Source: Marsupella aquatica
Lineage: Eukaryota > Plantae > Marchantiophyta
NCBI GenBank assembly: GCA_973895155.1
Contig: OZ316895.1
Location: 21,836,558-21,900,557 of the forward strand
Length of the DNA: 64,000 nt
Direction of reading: 5' to 3'
The notes under the pieces are model-generated. The model did not search any database. It saw nothing but the letters and a program-made list of their open reading frames with translations, and had not been told where the DNA came from. Below are positions 47,140-61,574 of the stretch, in pieces (the first letter of the stretch is position 1; the number at the start of each line of letters is the position of its first letter). A program made the position numbers and the translations under genes.

Positions 47140-49853
47140 TTCTCAGTTAAGTAATTAAATTCTCAGCCCTAAACCCTGTAAGAAATTGCGGATCACATGA
47201 CCCGCCTCAATTTCTACTCATTGCACTTCAGTCCACTTCCCTTTCCCTAGTCTTTAATTGAAATTCATTTTGACCTTTAAACTTGATTCTGAAAATTCAA
47301 GAAGGATGGCGGACTGCACCAACACAACTATGATGTTTCCTACATACTCCCGTCCAGTCTTCTCCAGCTCTAAGCGTCGTCGTTAAAATAAAAAACAAAA
47401 CTAGGTTTCGAAGGAAACAGAGCACCGTCTAATTGACGCAACAAAGGGAATTACATGACAGATCCAAATGGAGAAGCCGGCAATTCCATCTCGAGATCGA
47501 AATTAGTCTTTGATATGAACACTCCGTCCATGATTACTCTCTACAACCTTGCACATTGATGCTACGGTGCTTCCAGTACGTCCGAAGCCACATTTCTAGA
47601 AATCATAACTCTTTGCCGGCAGCTAATAATGGGCCTACACAAGATTGTTCAACCCGGTACTCCCAGTACATCTGGAGCCATATGCGGGGAGAGCATGAGT
47701 CTTTGCTGGAGGCTAAATGAGCTGCGTCTCGAACATCTCACAGGTGAGAGAGGTCACCATCCTTACCTTATGGCACACGATTCAAAAGTCGACAAAGAGA
47801 GAAAGGAACAGAAAAAGGAAGCAAGCTTAATAATCCGAGTCGTCCATACCTGAATTCAGGTTCAAGCTGGAGCACTGACCGAGCCTCGTGCACGAGCAGC
47901 TCAATCAGCTCAATCAGATCGCAGCCTTCACTTCGGTTTTGACAGCAGCTTTCCTCCCAACTGAGCTCTTTCGAGCCTGAACACAAAATTCCCAAATTCC
48001 AAGTCTACTGTAGAATTGACCTTTTGATTTTTGTACTTTGTTTTATTCCCAACGTTAGATTCCACACTGTCAAAAACAAAACCAACAGAGACCATCTTTT
48101 TACTCCATTGTATTTTTTTTTGGCCGATTTTAGTAAATTGGCCCTTTTTCAATAAAATAAAGGAAGGAAATTCCCTTGAAGTTGCTGATTGAACCCAAAA
48201 CCCAGGAAGCTAGGGGCCAGGAAGGAGCATATTAAGTTTTGGTTGAATTTTCATCAAAGTTGCAAAAGTCAGTTTGAGCATTTTGCACAACGCTGGATGC
48301 CATGGAGGCTTCAATCTTTTCCCTAAATAAATGCTCTCCTTTAAACATTATTTGTGAATTACTAAAGTATGACATGGACTACATACAAAAGCAGCTTCAT
48401 GATACTTCTTTGTTTCAAAGATATTTATCAGATGACCGAACCAACCATGAAAAGCACCCTGTGTTAAAGATATATTTCATTGTGCCCAAAAACAAAACCA
48501 ACACCAAACGACAGCCAAACACTAAACAGGATCCCTGTGTCGAAACTTCTATTTGAAAGACATAAAGCTCCTATTTCAAAGATGTATATCACAATCCTGA
48601 AAAGTGAAAAAGAGTCAAAATTGAAAGAGTCAAATTTGAGAGAGGATCCCAATGGCAGGGGACCCCTAAAGAGCCGTAAAGGGGGGAGAAACTGAGGAGA
48701 AAACAGAGAAGAGTCCCAAGTTGTTGGGGACTGGGACAGGCAGCCTACAGGGCCCTAGGAAAATGGGGGAGCAATAACCCGGTGATACAAAGTAGATGGG
48801 AGCATTAACGAGTTGTAGATTTAACCCGGTGATACAAAGTAGATGGGCAATTGGGCCCGGCCCCACCTCGAAGGAGTGTCAATTCTTCCTCACGTGTTTT
48901 AGTGGGTGATGAGTTCAGTGTTCCTCACTTTTGGATTGTTCAGGGTTTAGACTCTGTAGCAGTCTCAATAAATAGAGATCTGCGGAGATCTAACCTTGCG
49001 ACTTTCGATTTTACAGGCAAGTACAGACGTACAGTACCGCAGTCATTGTGATAGGGCGTGCTGGACGAAACCGTCTCGAGAAATTATTCTAGAAAACAAC
49101 CCACAATGTGGAACGAAGTCAGTAAAAGCAGTCATGGAGACAGGATTAGCTCAATCCCATTAGATAGCTGAATTGTGAGATTTAAGTCTGGCTAGAAATT
49201 CAGTTTAGTGGCATGGACATTCTAGTGAGTTTCGTTCCCTCGTCTCACTTGGGAAATCGTCGTTTAAATGTAGCAGAACCCCCGAGCAGACCACCGGCTT
49301 TCAGACGATCTCCATGTTAATCACTACTATGACTGTCGATCTTCGCATCTAAGCTTGGCATCTAGGAAATGACGACTCTAGGAGTTACTTAAGGTTGTGA
49401 ACTGCTGGGGTACTAGAAATTAACAAAATGCTTACATGGACGATGAAAATGTACCTCGTGCGGTTCCTTCACTTGACCCTGAAAGATTGACATTCAGTTC
49501 CAGGAGACTTGGATAGAAACTCAGTTTGAGCAGGTAACGGGGACTTGCAAATTTTCATATCGGTAGTAGACCCTCCCTCGAGAATGCCGCTCAATGAGGT
49601 TTGTACGATGTTGCCAATGCTCTTCTTTGATTATTGGCGTCTAAGTATCAAGGTCATTCAGAACACCGTGGTACGAGGATCTTCAGAAATGATAATTTTA
49701 TTTCAAAACTGTCGTCAAAACTCTGCAGCACTATGATCGTCGGCCATCAGTTTCAGGGTAGTAGCATTTTTTGCTTCCATTCTTGCTAGTGTTTACATGA
49801 AATGCATGCTATTACTGCATCAATTACTGCATCAAATGTTCGTAGTTCTTGTT

Positions 49854-49856
<3 letters not shown>

Positions 49857-49892
<36 letters not shown>
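49857..49892. repeat. (TA)18 microsatellite
   Basis: Perfect TA run. Confidence 0.97.
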
Positions 49893-49893
<1 letters not shown>

Positions 49894-51905
49894 TGCTTAG
49901 CTTGTGAACTTTAAGAATACGAAGGATTTTTCCAAGGAAGAATAGGAAGGATTTGGAATTTGAAAATCTCAGTTTTTACTTGTCTGGGACCTCAAGTCTG
50001 TACAGATTAAGTTATACGGAGTAGCATTGTAGCATCGACGATGATTGTACGATTGAAAGGGACACAAATTTGAGGAAAGCATGTTTTTCCGTCCCTGTTG
50101 ACAACCTTTCAGGTCACGCTCCCGTTCTACTCGCTACAGTAATTATAGACTTGAAAGCCATTTGTGGCCAAATGAGTCGAGCATTTCGATTGCAGAGGCG
50201 TGTGAAAGTCAATTGGTGTGAACTGCTGGTGGCGACACTCGACGACCCAATTGAAGGCATGCATCAATCTTTCTAGTTTATGTATTAATTCGAGCCAAGT
50301 GCAGCTCTTGTCAGTTCCTTTCAAAGTATATATCAATTCAAGAAATGATTCTGGGTATAAACATTTCATATTGTTATTAGAGCTCTCTCCAGAACTTTCT
50401 CCTCGCGTATATAAAGGACTGTGATGTGCTAAGGATATTTAGATTTCAGATTTCCATTGTAAAAGCGTAATCAATCAGCCCTCATTTTTTAAGCGAATGG
50501 CTCCAAATCCACTGGCAGGTCAGTGCTCTTCTTTCGATCCGCTACTTGAATTAACATACTTATATGAAAAATAACGACTCTAAGCTACGTCATTTCTTAT
50601 TTTATTTCTCAAGGTGACATCATATTCTGTTCATCGACCAAACTATAATTCTGACCTAGAAGTTTTAGAACAGGGAGCGCAGATCTATCAATGGAGCTAC
50701 CGTTTTACCGCAAGGAGCCATGGATTCGGATGGACAGAGTAGCTACTGCAGTGAATCGAGGAGATCACTCTTTCAACCAACCAAGTATTAGATGCTTTAC
50801 ACGGCTCTTGAGTTTATGTCCATTCATTTCATATACAACGAGAGATTGACGAAACAAAATCAAGGAAATCACTCTTTCAACCAACTAAGTACTTGTTCAC
50901 ACGGCTCTTGACTGTATGTCCATTTATTTCAAATACCTTGAATGTATGTCCATTTATTTCAATACAAAACAGATTGACTAAACAAAGCCTGGATGGACCG
51001 AGATATTGTCCCTGTCCATCCTCATGGACTCCATAAAGCGGATTGTTGCTTTTACATAAAAAGAAAAAGAAACCTGTCACGGATTGGAGTTGACTACTTT
51101 GACTACCTTGGGAGAAATAAGTCAAGATCTCATGGTGATACTAAATAATGTCTAAATGTCTTTCAGTTTCAAGGTAGTCAAGGTACCTAATAAACGGGTT
51201 TGACAATGTAATTGAAACCGGCTGCAAACAATAAAGAGACAGTTTAAAGGTCATATTTCAGTCAAAAATGACAATGTTATCTAAGTACGTCAATTTAAAT
51301 ATTATGAGCAAGTCCGTCTGGGCTTTCCTAGTCTGGGCTTTATAGACCGTCTGGGCTTTATATACAAAGTGGATGGCATCCTGGCTTTAGTTTCGAGATT
51401 GACGCACGAGAAGTGCAGAGATTTTCATCGTCCAAGGGTTTCTAAGAGTCACGTACACCCATCATGACTCTAATAAAAGCAAAACCTACACACTCAGTGT
51501 ATATTCTGGTCTATGTATCGTTCCTTTGATTTGAATTCAGAGAAGGCAATGCAATGAGAGTAGCAACGTACTGTCTTTCAATTCAGACGCACGACAGCTA
51601 CAGAGCGTTGGGAACACATCAGTATAGGGCTGGGATTGAGTCATCTATGAGCACATATATCAAAGGTCCGACACAAAATAATGGTGCCTGGAAAATTGCC
51701 TGGTGGAAGTTTTTGTGATGTTACTGTGTTGAAATAGCCCAATGCACCTCAACTAGATTATGACCATAGCGCCGTTTCGCAACTTCCTTTCTCACCAAAG
51801 AGAATACATTCAAGAGAGCTACTCTGGATGAAAATGAGAGTTCCCAGATGGATTCACAATATGCCAGGCCGGAGTTGATTGAGTCAGAGAAGAAGAAAAC
51901 AATGC

Positions 51906-54900
51906 TCAACTGGTGGAGCAACCTTGCGGGCTGAAGCCGACCTGGTTCTTCCCCAAGTCGAACTCAATTCGGAAGCCCTGCTGCTGTATATTGCCGATGA
52001 TGGTGAGGCCTCCGTGCACGTCGGAGCGGGCAAACGCGAGGCAGTACAGCGAGCCAGAATCGTCCACGGGAATGACGGTGTTGTCAATGGGCAGCGCCAG
52101 GTCCACGTCGCCGACGAAGTGCATCGTCACGGAGGGCACGCTCTCGCCCTCCGCAAGCTGGTAGCAGCTGTCGAAAAACTCTTGATTAGGGAGCTCCACG
52201 CGAGTCAAATGACTCGCTTTCAACCGAAACGCGTCCCGCATGGCTTCGTATGCTTCGCTCGTGAGCCTCGTGACCGCCGTGCCCGTGTCCAAGATCACTC
52301 CGCCCCTCCCCGACGATACGTCCAAATCCAATGCCGATGCCGGGATCTGGACCAGCTCGTTGCCCACACTCAGCCCTGTCAATCAATCAGTGCACATTTA
52401 AGTGAATGCACTTCTGGGACGTCCAATTACCGTAACGTTGAGAAAACTCTGCATTTATGTGAATCCGATACCGTTCAGAACTGTGAAAACATACACATCA
52501 TGTCTTCTAACTTGTTCCCAATTGGCAATTCGCAACAAGCAGCATTGAAGAAACTCGTTCCCGAAACTTCCCGAAACTTTTTCCCAATGGGATGACTAAT
52601 GTTGAGCAAACTCTGTTTTTATCTCAATGCACAACAAGTAGCATTGAAGAAACTTGTTCCCAATGGGATGACTAATGTTGAGCATACTCTATTTTTATCG
52701 GAATCCAAGCATTGTAGGTAGTGTTCAAAGATGTGAAAACATACACATCATGTTCCAAATGGGCAATGCGCAATACCAGCTAGCATTCGGGGTCTCAAAT
52801 CTCTCCTTTTTGCCTCAGGTTGCAATCAAAAACAAATTCCCGGCAAAGAAGTGGTGTACACAAAAATGCATGTCCACACGCTACTAACTCGAGACCAAAA
52901 CTGGTAAGTTCGGGTCAAGTTTCGGGCCAAATGTTTTTCCGCAAACTTTAAGGTTTGAGACACCCTATTGAAGAAACTTGTTCTCAATGGACAATGCCAG
53001 ATAACATACACCATTCAAAAACCAAGATCTAACAGGCAACACGAAACTAATTTCCAGAGCACACTCAGCGAGAAATGTCAAATGACCAAGTTTCACAGCA
53101 AACCACAGTTAGAAGGCTCATCGAGAAATGTCAAATGACCAAGTTTCACAGCAAACCACGGTTAGAAGACATCAAGCAAAACTGACGGGCACATACCCGT
53201 CAGCTGCAAGTAGTAGAACGACGGCGCCAACGGGTTCCGCACCAGCCCCGTGTACTGCATACTCCCCGTCTCCGCCGCCTCCCCAAACGACAAGTAGCTT
53301 GTGGCCCTCACCGTCGTCGACTTCCCATCACCGCCGTCGCCATCACCGTCATCGCCATTCCCCGTCCCGTGTCCGCCGTCATCGCCGTTCCCCGTCCCGT
53401 TTCCGCCATCATCGCCGTTAACCGTCCTGTTGCCGCCGTCCGTGGCGGCAGGAGGGAAGCGGTCCGTGAGACAGTACGAGAAACGGGGCGCGAGGACGGC
53501 CGACGTCTGCGACGGGAATGAGAGGGGGCCCCGTCCGAGGCCGAGGATTCCCGCCGAGGCCGTGAAGAGGCCCTCGTTGTCATGGCCGCAGCCGAAGAGG
53601 AGTCGCTGGAGCTCGACGGGATGGTCCCGTGCCGTGGAGTTCATGGTGACAGTCTCGGACGCGAAGTCCCCAGTGGAGAAGCTCTGGTCGCCATACAGCT
53701 CGTCGTAGACGCATTTCTTCTCCTCGCAATGCGCGTCTGCGAGCATGGCGCACGCCTTGGAGGTGCACGTCACGGGCTCGTAGGATTCCGATTTGCTCGA
53801 ATCGAAGACCGGGTTGATCTGCTCGTAGCAGCTGTCGCACGGCTTGCACTGCACCCAGAAGAGGTCGCTCCCCGTGTCGATTGTCACCAGCACCTGGGCT
53901 TGTGGCGTGCCGATGGACAGCGTGGTGAAGTACTCGCCTGATCCGAAGTCCATTCCTGGAATTGAATGATGGAGAACTGATTCAGATTTCCTCAGAAATG
54001 TCGATAAACTCAAACTCATTGGCTGCCCTCTCGCTGTTATTATGTGCATTGCTGTAAAAGATGTTGTGGTGGCTGAGCTATTGAAGCGAAGATCGACAGA
54101 TGTGCAGAAGAGTTCATCCGGATTATTTTGCTCAGAATTGTCAATCAAACTATTGCGGCCCTCTGACTCCGTACTGAGATAGGCATAGAAGAATTGATTG
54201 AGATTAAATGTCAATCACATTAATGTCCTCTCACTATACATGCATTGCTGTAAAAGACATTGTGGTGTCGATGGAGCTAGGGGACTTAAGAAGTTTGAAG
54301 GAGATCTAGATTAGCTCGATCATATCACTCAATCAATTGTCATTTATTGATGGAACTGAATGAACGGGAGGCATACAGAAGACTATGTAAAAAACCTTAG
54401 CTGAAACTATCCGTTGCCGTGGAATTGATATAAGAGCATGTACATATGACGGACGACCATGATGAAATTGATATAAGCAGGAGGTGAACATAAGAAGATT
54501 CAGTTAATGTCGATGTATCAATCAGTTAATATTCATTGTGTAGCAAAAGGGGCATAGGCTCTTGGAGTGTGATAAATTGATGACATTGTCGAGCAGTAGC
54601 AGGTAAGTTCAACCATATGATAGACAAAAAACAGAGTTGTATGGGCGAATTGAAAGTTCAGGCCACAAACCCTAGACTTAATACTCCTTTGGATGCTACC
54701 GAGTGATATGAACTGCACAATCACCGTGAGCGAAAGATTGATGGAAAAGCGAGGGAAATTACAACAAGGGAGAGAATGGTCGATCTATAGATGTTCCGAT
54801 GAGAGGGCCTCGAGATCAATACGGTCAATGATTAGAAAAGTAAGACTACATTGCAAATTGGGAGGTGCAGCTTACTCCGATTCAAGTATTCTTCGTTCCT

Positions 54901-56212
54901 AGGTTCAATTCTCAGGTTTGAGATCTTGGGTAGCAAGAGGCTATTAAACTAAAACTCAAACATAAAAATCGAGGCACGGAGCTATCACAATCGAAATCGA
55001 AATCGAAATTAGATATAAATCCCGTGAAACCCTTGCGAGACTGGAAGGCAATTGGAGTTCTATGTCCAGGAATAAATTAAATGCGCTCATTTTAGGAACG
55101 TCCCGGTCCTATGTATCATTCTCACCAAAACCAGAGATTGAAGACGAGCAGAAACACATGGAACGGAACCTACATCGAAAAATGAAACGGAGAGAATCTC
55201 AGAAAATAACGCCACATTTCAAACCACTAAGCTATGGCTTTGGTTTCGTTGGCTATTGCTATTTAATGGAGCTACAAAATTAGCATATCGGTAGTAGAGT
55301 ACGTGAGGCAGACTAGAGGCTGGATTGGCTAGGCACCGTCAAATTAAATCTCTGACTTAACCTCACACTGGATCTTGTCCAGTGCGATTTATTTAAGTTT
55401 TCCTGAGTTTATTGTTTCAATAGTTTTGCTGGAAACAATAAAGGGAGTTATCTTACTGCCCTCGTTAGGACTAGCTCAAGAGAGAAGGATTTGGAAATGG
55501 AATTTTAACTGGAAAGCGGTTGGAGAGGTACAGTAGGTGGTCTTCAGGGCTCTGACTAACATTGATGATGGGAAAGCGTGAATTTGTTCATAATTTGAAT
55601 CAATACTGAGAAAAAAATCGTTCCCATTCCTTAGTTACCTGGGAAGATCGGAGACTGAATTGGCTGCATCACGCCGTGGACTCTTCTTGAATGAAGATGA
55701 TGACCAGTCGTTCTCTTTGCGATAAGAGAATCTATGGCCCGCACACGAGCGACATCTCGCTGGAGTGAATTGCCGAAAATTGTTGCAAAATCAGCCTCCT
55801 TGTCAACGGCAGCACTCTTAGCTTGTTGTGAGTTCAAATTTGCTCTGAATGGAGAGTCTCTAGCGTCCCGGTGCACTAAAGGCAGTGTCACTCCGCCACC
55901 ACCCTTCCACCTCTCACCCCACAGGGTGCCCTGTGGACCACTATTTTGCAAATCTGTCCACCGGCTTTGAGAGTAATGATGCTGCCGCTGCTGGCCTCGA
56001 GCCAAAGGCCGGAAGTGGAAACTCTGGAAGGCTTCCATTGGCTCCTTCTGTAATGATGGCACAGCCACAACTCTGTGAGCGCCAATGGCCAACGTCAGCA
56101 GAACGATCATTGCTTCGCAGACCAGTGATGTGGCAGTGGGTGACTTTTGCCATCGGCATCTGCAGTTGTTGGAAAGCTTCTGTCCGAAGGGACAACAGCA
56201 AGCAGGCGCCAT
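51906..56212 (-). CDS. Secreted A1-family aspartic protease (nepenthesin/ASPG1-like, ~600 aa)
   Basis: Exons 56212-55639, 53955-53197, 52375-51906 join in frame. Prosegment LPLVHRD..LQRDVARV, GSGEYF, catalytic DTGS and DTGT, NAP-type Cys insert, FGCG, IIGNIQQQ. The start may instead be the downstream Met of MIVLLTLAIGA. Confidence 0.93.
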
Positions 56213-56486
56213 CGTCCCCAGCTCAGGTAAACTAATGAAGAATGAAGGGATCTATCAATCAAGATTCACTCGCTCGCAGGTGAAGAATGTCGATTGTAGG
56301 TTTTCAATGAAGAGATTATGCATGTAGAAGATGCACAAAATGAAGAATCAATTTGTCAATTTTCCGATAGATTGGTTCTAAGTGGTAAAATTGATCTGAC
56401 TCCCTCGTTTAATGACCCAATCGTTTTCGGATTTTATCGCGCCTGAAGAGTGACTGAGCAAAACTTGAGATCTTCGTTGCGACTCT

Positions 56487-57407
56487 TGTCTCTAACATCC
56501 CTGGCTCCCTTCCAGCATTGATTTTGCTAAATTGAGAAACAGCCTAGCCCGCTGTGAAGTGAATTCTCAGAGCCAGTTGCCCCAAGATTTTGCACCGAGC
56601 TTGACACGAGTGTGCCAACCGTAATCGAGGGTCATGATCAATCTTTACTAGCTTTCGCAGTGAGGCCACCAGAATTAGATGTCGAGAAATGAAGGTACGT
56701 TCCACGCACAATATGCGTCCATTGAAGGCTCTCAATGAATCCATGGAGCCAGCAGCCAAGTCGGATCAGGAGGTAGCTAGTAACAGACTACTTCCACAGG
56801 GGCTGCGATCCAGGAAGGATGGAAACGAACAGCCGCTGAAATCAGTTACTTTCCTTGCTGCCGCGCAAGTTGGTAGATGGGACTACGTCACTAACAAACT
56901 GCCAGGTTCGGCCGAAACTAGCGCATCCGTCACTCCATCCAACTATCCAATTATCATCCTGGAGCCAATCAAGCCAACAGGCCCGAGGGTCCGCACGCAT
57001 GCACCACGATTGGTGATGACGATCATGAATCTTCCACAACCTTCGAGGGAGATCGTACGTAGATATAGTACCGCCCTTGAAGACGTGTTCGAGGAGAACT
57101 CGCTACTGCTTCTGGAGCATTGTGGGCAATCACTATCCAGCAGAGGACACTGATGGTCGCCAACGCGCTTTGCTATAAACCGTCCCTACATTTTCAGCCT
57201 CCATCGCCATCTAGCTCTTCTGAACATCATCAATTTACTGCTGTATAATTTCTTTCTCAGTCTGTGACTAAGTCCAATCCTATTGTCCGACTCTTTACCG
57301 ATTTACAACTGTTCTTCAAGCCAGGTCATCAGCTCGTATGTGTTATCACCATCGTCTTATGAAATGTAAGAGAGAAAGTTTTTTGCCTTAGCGCTTATGG
57401 GGTGACA
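56487..57407 (+). mobile_element. Possible solo or truncated LTR
   Basis: TGTC...GGGGTGACA ends, internal CTATAAA box (~57173), TGGTGCTC shortly downstream (PBS-like). No convincing TSD and no second LTR. Confidence 0.3.
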
Positions 57408-59699
57408 CCCTTGGTGCTCAGAAATCAATTTCTTTGCATTGGCAGAAATAATTAACATGATTCTGGAGCCATACTAAGTGGCTGCTCGTACGCTGATGGG
57501 TGGGTCCATTCTACCTGTCCGGGGACCTACAAAGTGAGAAGAGTTCCATCTATGTAGACTGGTGAGCGTCATATACAGCCTGTGTTCACGGGCTATCACA
57601 TTCGCATCTTCTGGCTGAGGGGAATTGGACAGAAAACAAATGACTGATTTAACTAAAAGACCACCATTGTCGACCCAGAAATTTCAAATGTCACTTTCTA
57701 TCGTTCGAAGTAGAGAGACCACTAATTTCAATGGCACGTCGAATCTAGCTTTTGTGGTTAACTTGATCCAGAGTACTCACTAGATCTCCGAGGCTGAGGG
57801 AATTCGAGACTCTACACCGTCAGTCCTATCGAAAAACTGCCTCGCCCTTCAACCCTTGCAGATACTAGGCTGCCATATGACTGAAGAATACTTATAAATT
57901 CCATGGAGTTTGCGAAAAAAGAACCGGAAACCTGCTGTAACGTAATCTTTAAAGCTAGACAAATCTAAGAAAAACTGTGCAACCCCACGAAGGAGCCAGG
58001 ATTAATAGCTAGCTAGAGAACTGTCAGTTTTATCGCAGAACAACGTTCTAAGGTCTCAGATGCTCCTATAATGCAGGAAATGCTGAAAAACTGTAGTTAA
58101 TGAGCCCGAGCAGACAGGAAGAAGCTAGGTCCAGACTAGCTAGCAGCAACGTGTAATCAAAAAAATAATGTAAACCGCGAAAACAGTGGCAGGCAAGACA
58201 GCTGAGATTCCTCTTCAGAATTGCCAATCTACTAGTTTGTTCTCTTTTCTCTCTTCTAGGATATTTTCCACCTGTCCACTCACATTGATTCTGTTGCTGC
58301 TTTTCCCATAGGGTCTCTGGGCTTCCAATTCTGTTCAACCCAACAGGGAAAATGCTTCTATCCACCTTATCTATATCTAGCGATCCTTAAAAATGTGGAA
58401 AATTGCGATCGAGGTTGTGATCAGTGCGTTCAGCAGCTCACTCATTTGAATCGATCGATTTCAAGTGTGGGACATACATACTGACACAAAAGTAGACATA
58501 ATTAAATATATCTCTTCGTTCTGAGATATAATTAATTATGTCTAAGCCTCCTCTCAATTATTTCCAACCGAAAGTGGTGCAATATTTCCAACAGAAAACG
58601 TTGACCAATTTCTGTAGCTTGCCAGTCAATTTTATTACTGGAAACTGACGTAGTCAGTAACTGGTGAAATAGCCCATCTACAGAGCAAAGGAACGTACTA
58701 TTCGTTCAATGATGATTGTTCGCTCAATGGTGTATTTTTAGTAGTGCAATTAAGATTTATTCTCGTTGAACTCTTGTTTGGTGTAGGTTTCAGACGCAAC
58801 ACCTATTCGACATCCTCAGCAGAGTTCTTGCGACAATGCACGCTGATCGAATGATGACGATTATCTTAGTTGTTAAAATGGAAGACAAAACTTGTGTGGA
58901 GATTTGTCTCAGATTCTTCCGATAAAATTGATCAAGGCCTTACTTACTATATTGTCTGTCGATGATTTCAATCTGTCGTTTAACATTCGGTCTCGGGTTC
59001 AGTGCATACGATACTATCCCTCAGAGTTTGAGATCATGGATACTGCTACTTTTGCAAGTTTTTTAGATATCAGTCCGCTCAGGCAATACCTCAGAAATTA
59101 AGATTCTCAACGCCTGCGCGCTCGCTGTCTGACAAAGGCTATCATGCGGTGCAATATGCAATCATGCATTTTTGCGAATAGATATGAACAATGAAAGTGG
59201 AGAACGTCGATGTTGCTTCAGAGTTCGGTGGAAGTTTCCTTCGGGAGATTTCTTCATCCACTTCGGGAGATTTCTTCATCCACTTCCAGAAGTGAGCGTG
59301 GGATTCGTTGGATTCGTTAGAGGGGTACGAGACGTTGTTAAGATTCGGGCCGTAGCCAATTTGTTTGTAGAAATTTCGCTTAGTTAATGGATGTGGTTCC
59401 ATGGAGCTGTTGCCCTTGATCCAATCTACGCCTTCAAACCACGTGACCTCTATCTCGACCTCAGAGGGGATCACACATCAAAATGTGGTAATATACATCT
59501 CTATCTCGACCTCAGCGGGGATCACACATCAAAATGTGGTAATATACAGTGTGCACTCATCATTGATTTAAAGAAAATCACGGTTATACTATGTGAACAT
59601 CATGGTTATATGGTGTGCACTCAATCATTGATTTAAAGAAAATCATGGTATGGAGGGATCATGCATACTGTATAATTATGTCATATTTTGATGTGCAAC

Positions 59700-61320
59700 T
59701 AGTGAGACCCAATCTTGACAGTGGAAGCTACACTGGGTCAATGTTCAAGGGCCTATGTCCATAATGTTAAAAACCTGAGACTTTGTTTGTGAAAGTTTGC
59801 ACAATCCGACCGTTTAAATTTGCTTGATGATGGTTGGGGTTGTTGCCGTTGTTCCAGGTGGCATACCCTCAAACCAAGTGACTACAATGTTGACTGTGGA
59901 AGCTACAATAACAATCTGTGGTCTATGTCTTCAACAGGCTCCATGTATATGTTAAGATTCTGGCGCTTACAAACCGCCAAGTTTGTTTGTGAAAGTTGCA
60001 CACTCCAGATGTTTTGGGTTCCATGGAGCCGCCCCTGTGTTCCTGAAGACACTCTCAAACCATGTGACTATAATCTTGACTGTTGACACTGCTGTAACAG
60101 CATGTGGTCAATGTCTTCAAGAGAATATGAGTCACCTATAGTTATTAAGAGTTTGCCTGTTGTCTAAAAATAGTTAAGGACCTCATGCATTGCATGTGGG
60201 GTTGCCCCATCTCATCATCGATCTGGAGTTGGGTCCAATTTGTCTTGCAGCATGCGAGCTCCACAGGGAATGCCCTAATAATACTACAACCAGCTCACAT
60301 TTTTGTAGGGGAGGCACTCCCAAATGTCTGGGACACACCAGGTAAACTTTGGCAGACACTGAGAGCTATTGTCTGCTGAAATCTATGGAAGGACAAGAGC
60401 TCACATTTCATTGAGCATACCTGGTCTAATGCTCAAGCAGTCATTCAAAAATCCTGGCACCAGCTAGCTATTTACTTACATAGGGATTGGGCCAAACATC
60501 AGTTCAAAATTAAAATTGGCAAATCCACATATGGAGCGGCTCTCAGTGACATGGCCTTCAACTATGGGCCGGTCTTGGGCTGCAATATAGGAAATCCATG
60601 AGAACATCTTATAGATACCACCTGTTCCCCCTAGACCCCATTAAGGTTTTTACTTTACCGGAGTAGAAGTTGTACTGCAGGCTAGACTAATAGCTTTGTC
60701 TATCACGGACCCACTGTTGGGTGCCCCACCGGCACCTGTCCAGTAGCCAGTCTTTTGGGGTTGTATGTCGCCCTTCTGCGGTGGTTGAATTTCTTGTTTG
60801 GCTTCCTCTCTTTGGGCCTGCTGCTCTCCTGGTCCGGCTTCCCCGGTCCTTTAGGGTTTTGGACCTCTGGTCCCCCAGGGTGCCGACCCCCTTGTGGGTC
60901 ACCCGTGTTGTATGCTGGCTTTTTGAATGAAATTCAATTGGTTTTTTCGAGACAAAAAAATAGTGAAATTGTTTGTGGAAGTTCACCAGCTCCAGATGTA
61001 GAGCTTGATGATGGCAGGGATGATGGAGGGGGTTCCATGGGTTGTACAGTATAAACCCTCAAACCACATGACCACAATCTTAACTAATTTATGGTGACAG
61101 TGCAATCCGGATGATTGTCTTCAACTGCATCTATGTCTATGTTGAAGCTTGTGTTTAAGGTTCTGGGCTTCATACTCTGGCAAATTTGTTGGGAAAGTTT
61201 GTGTGCTTGATGTGCTTCCTGACGATGGGCAGTGTTCAATGGGGCTCCCGATGGGGCCCTGGCCCTTGGTCCTGTACACACACCCTCAAACTATGTGACC
61301 ACATTCTTCACTGTAGAAAC
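59700..61320. repeat. Degenerate ~170-230-bp tandem array interrupted by a LINE-derived segment
   Basis: ACCCTCAAACCA(A/T)GTGAC(T/C)ACAAT.TTGACTGT at ~59865, 60051, 61055, 61282, with a partial copy at 59700. Confidence 0.7.
60150..60600 (+). mobile_element. Degenerate LINE ORF2 C-terminus (zf-RVT and downstream W-rich region)
   Basis: ACCLKIVKDLMHCMWGCPISSSIWSWV (decayed zf-RVT) followed by LWQTLRAIVC*NLWKDK, matching the WxIWKxRN-type motif. Confidence 0.65.
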
Positions 61321-61574
61321 TTGGTAAGTGTGTGGTGGGATCCCTTCAAACCCCCAAAACAGTGATGCTTTACTTACAAATAGATAGTGATAGCTGCCAC
61401 ACCCCCATAATTATGCCCTGTTGTTACACAGTCAAATTATTTAGTAATGCCCTTATAGTTACTCCCTTTTCCACATTGGTTTCCACAGCGCACATCTTCC
61501 GGATTACTGTACAAGCCTGATAAATTAAATTTCTCACCATCCCCCCAAAATCTCACACCCCCAAAGAGTTACAC

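Noticed and set aside
51879-52595. 238-aa plus-strand ORF and similar antisense ORFs at 53128-53941
   Set aside because: Antisense shadows of GC-rich aspartic protease exons.
14610-56212. Possible functional gene cluster
   Set aside because: The seven genes belong to unrelated pathways; no evidence of a biosynthetic or co-regulated cluster.
56689-57153. 154-aa ORF (+)
   Set aside because: No known motif; lies within a possible LTR remnant; cannot be supported as a gene.
59142-59474. ORF containing WFEGVDW, reminiscent of an AGC-kinase tail
   Set aside because: No kinase domain nearby and the ORF spans local 21- and 60-bp duplications; probably a chance match.
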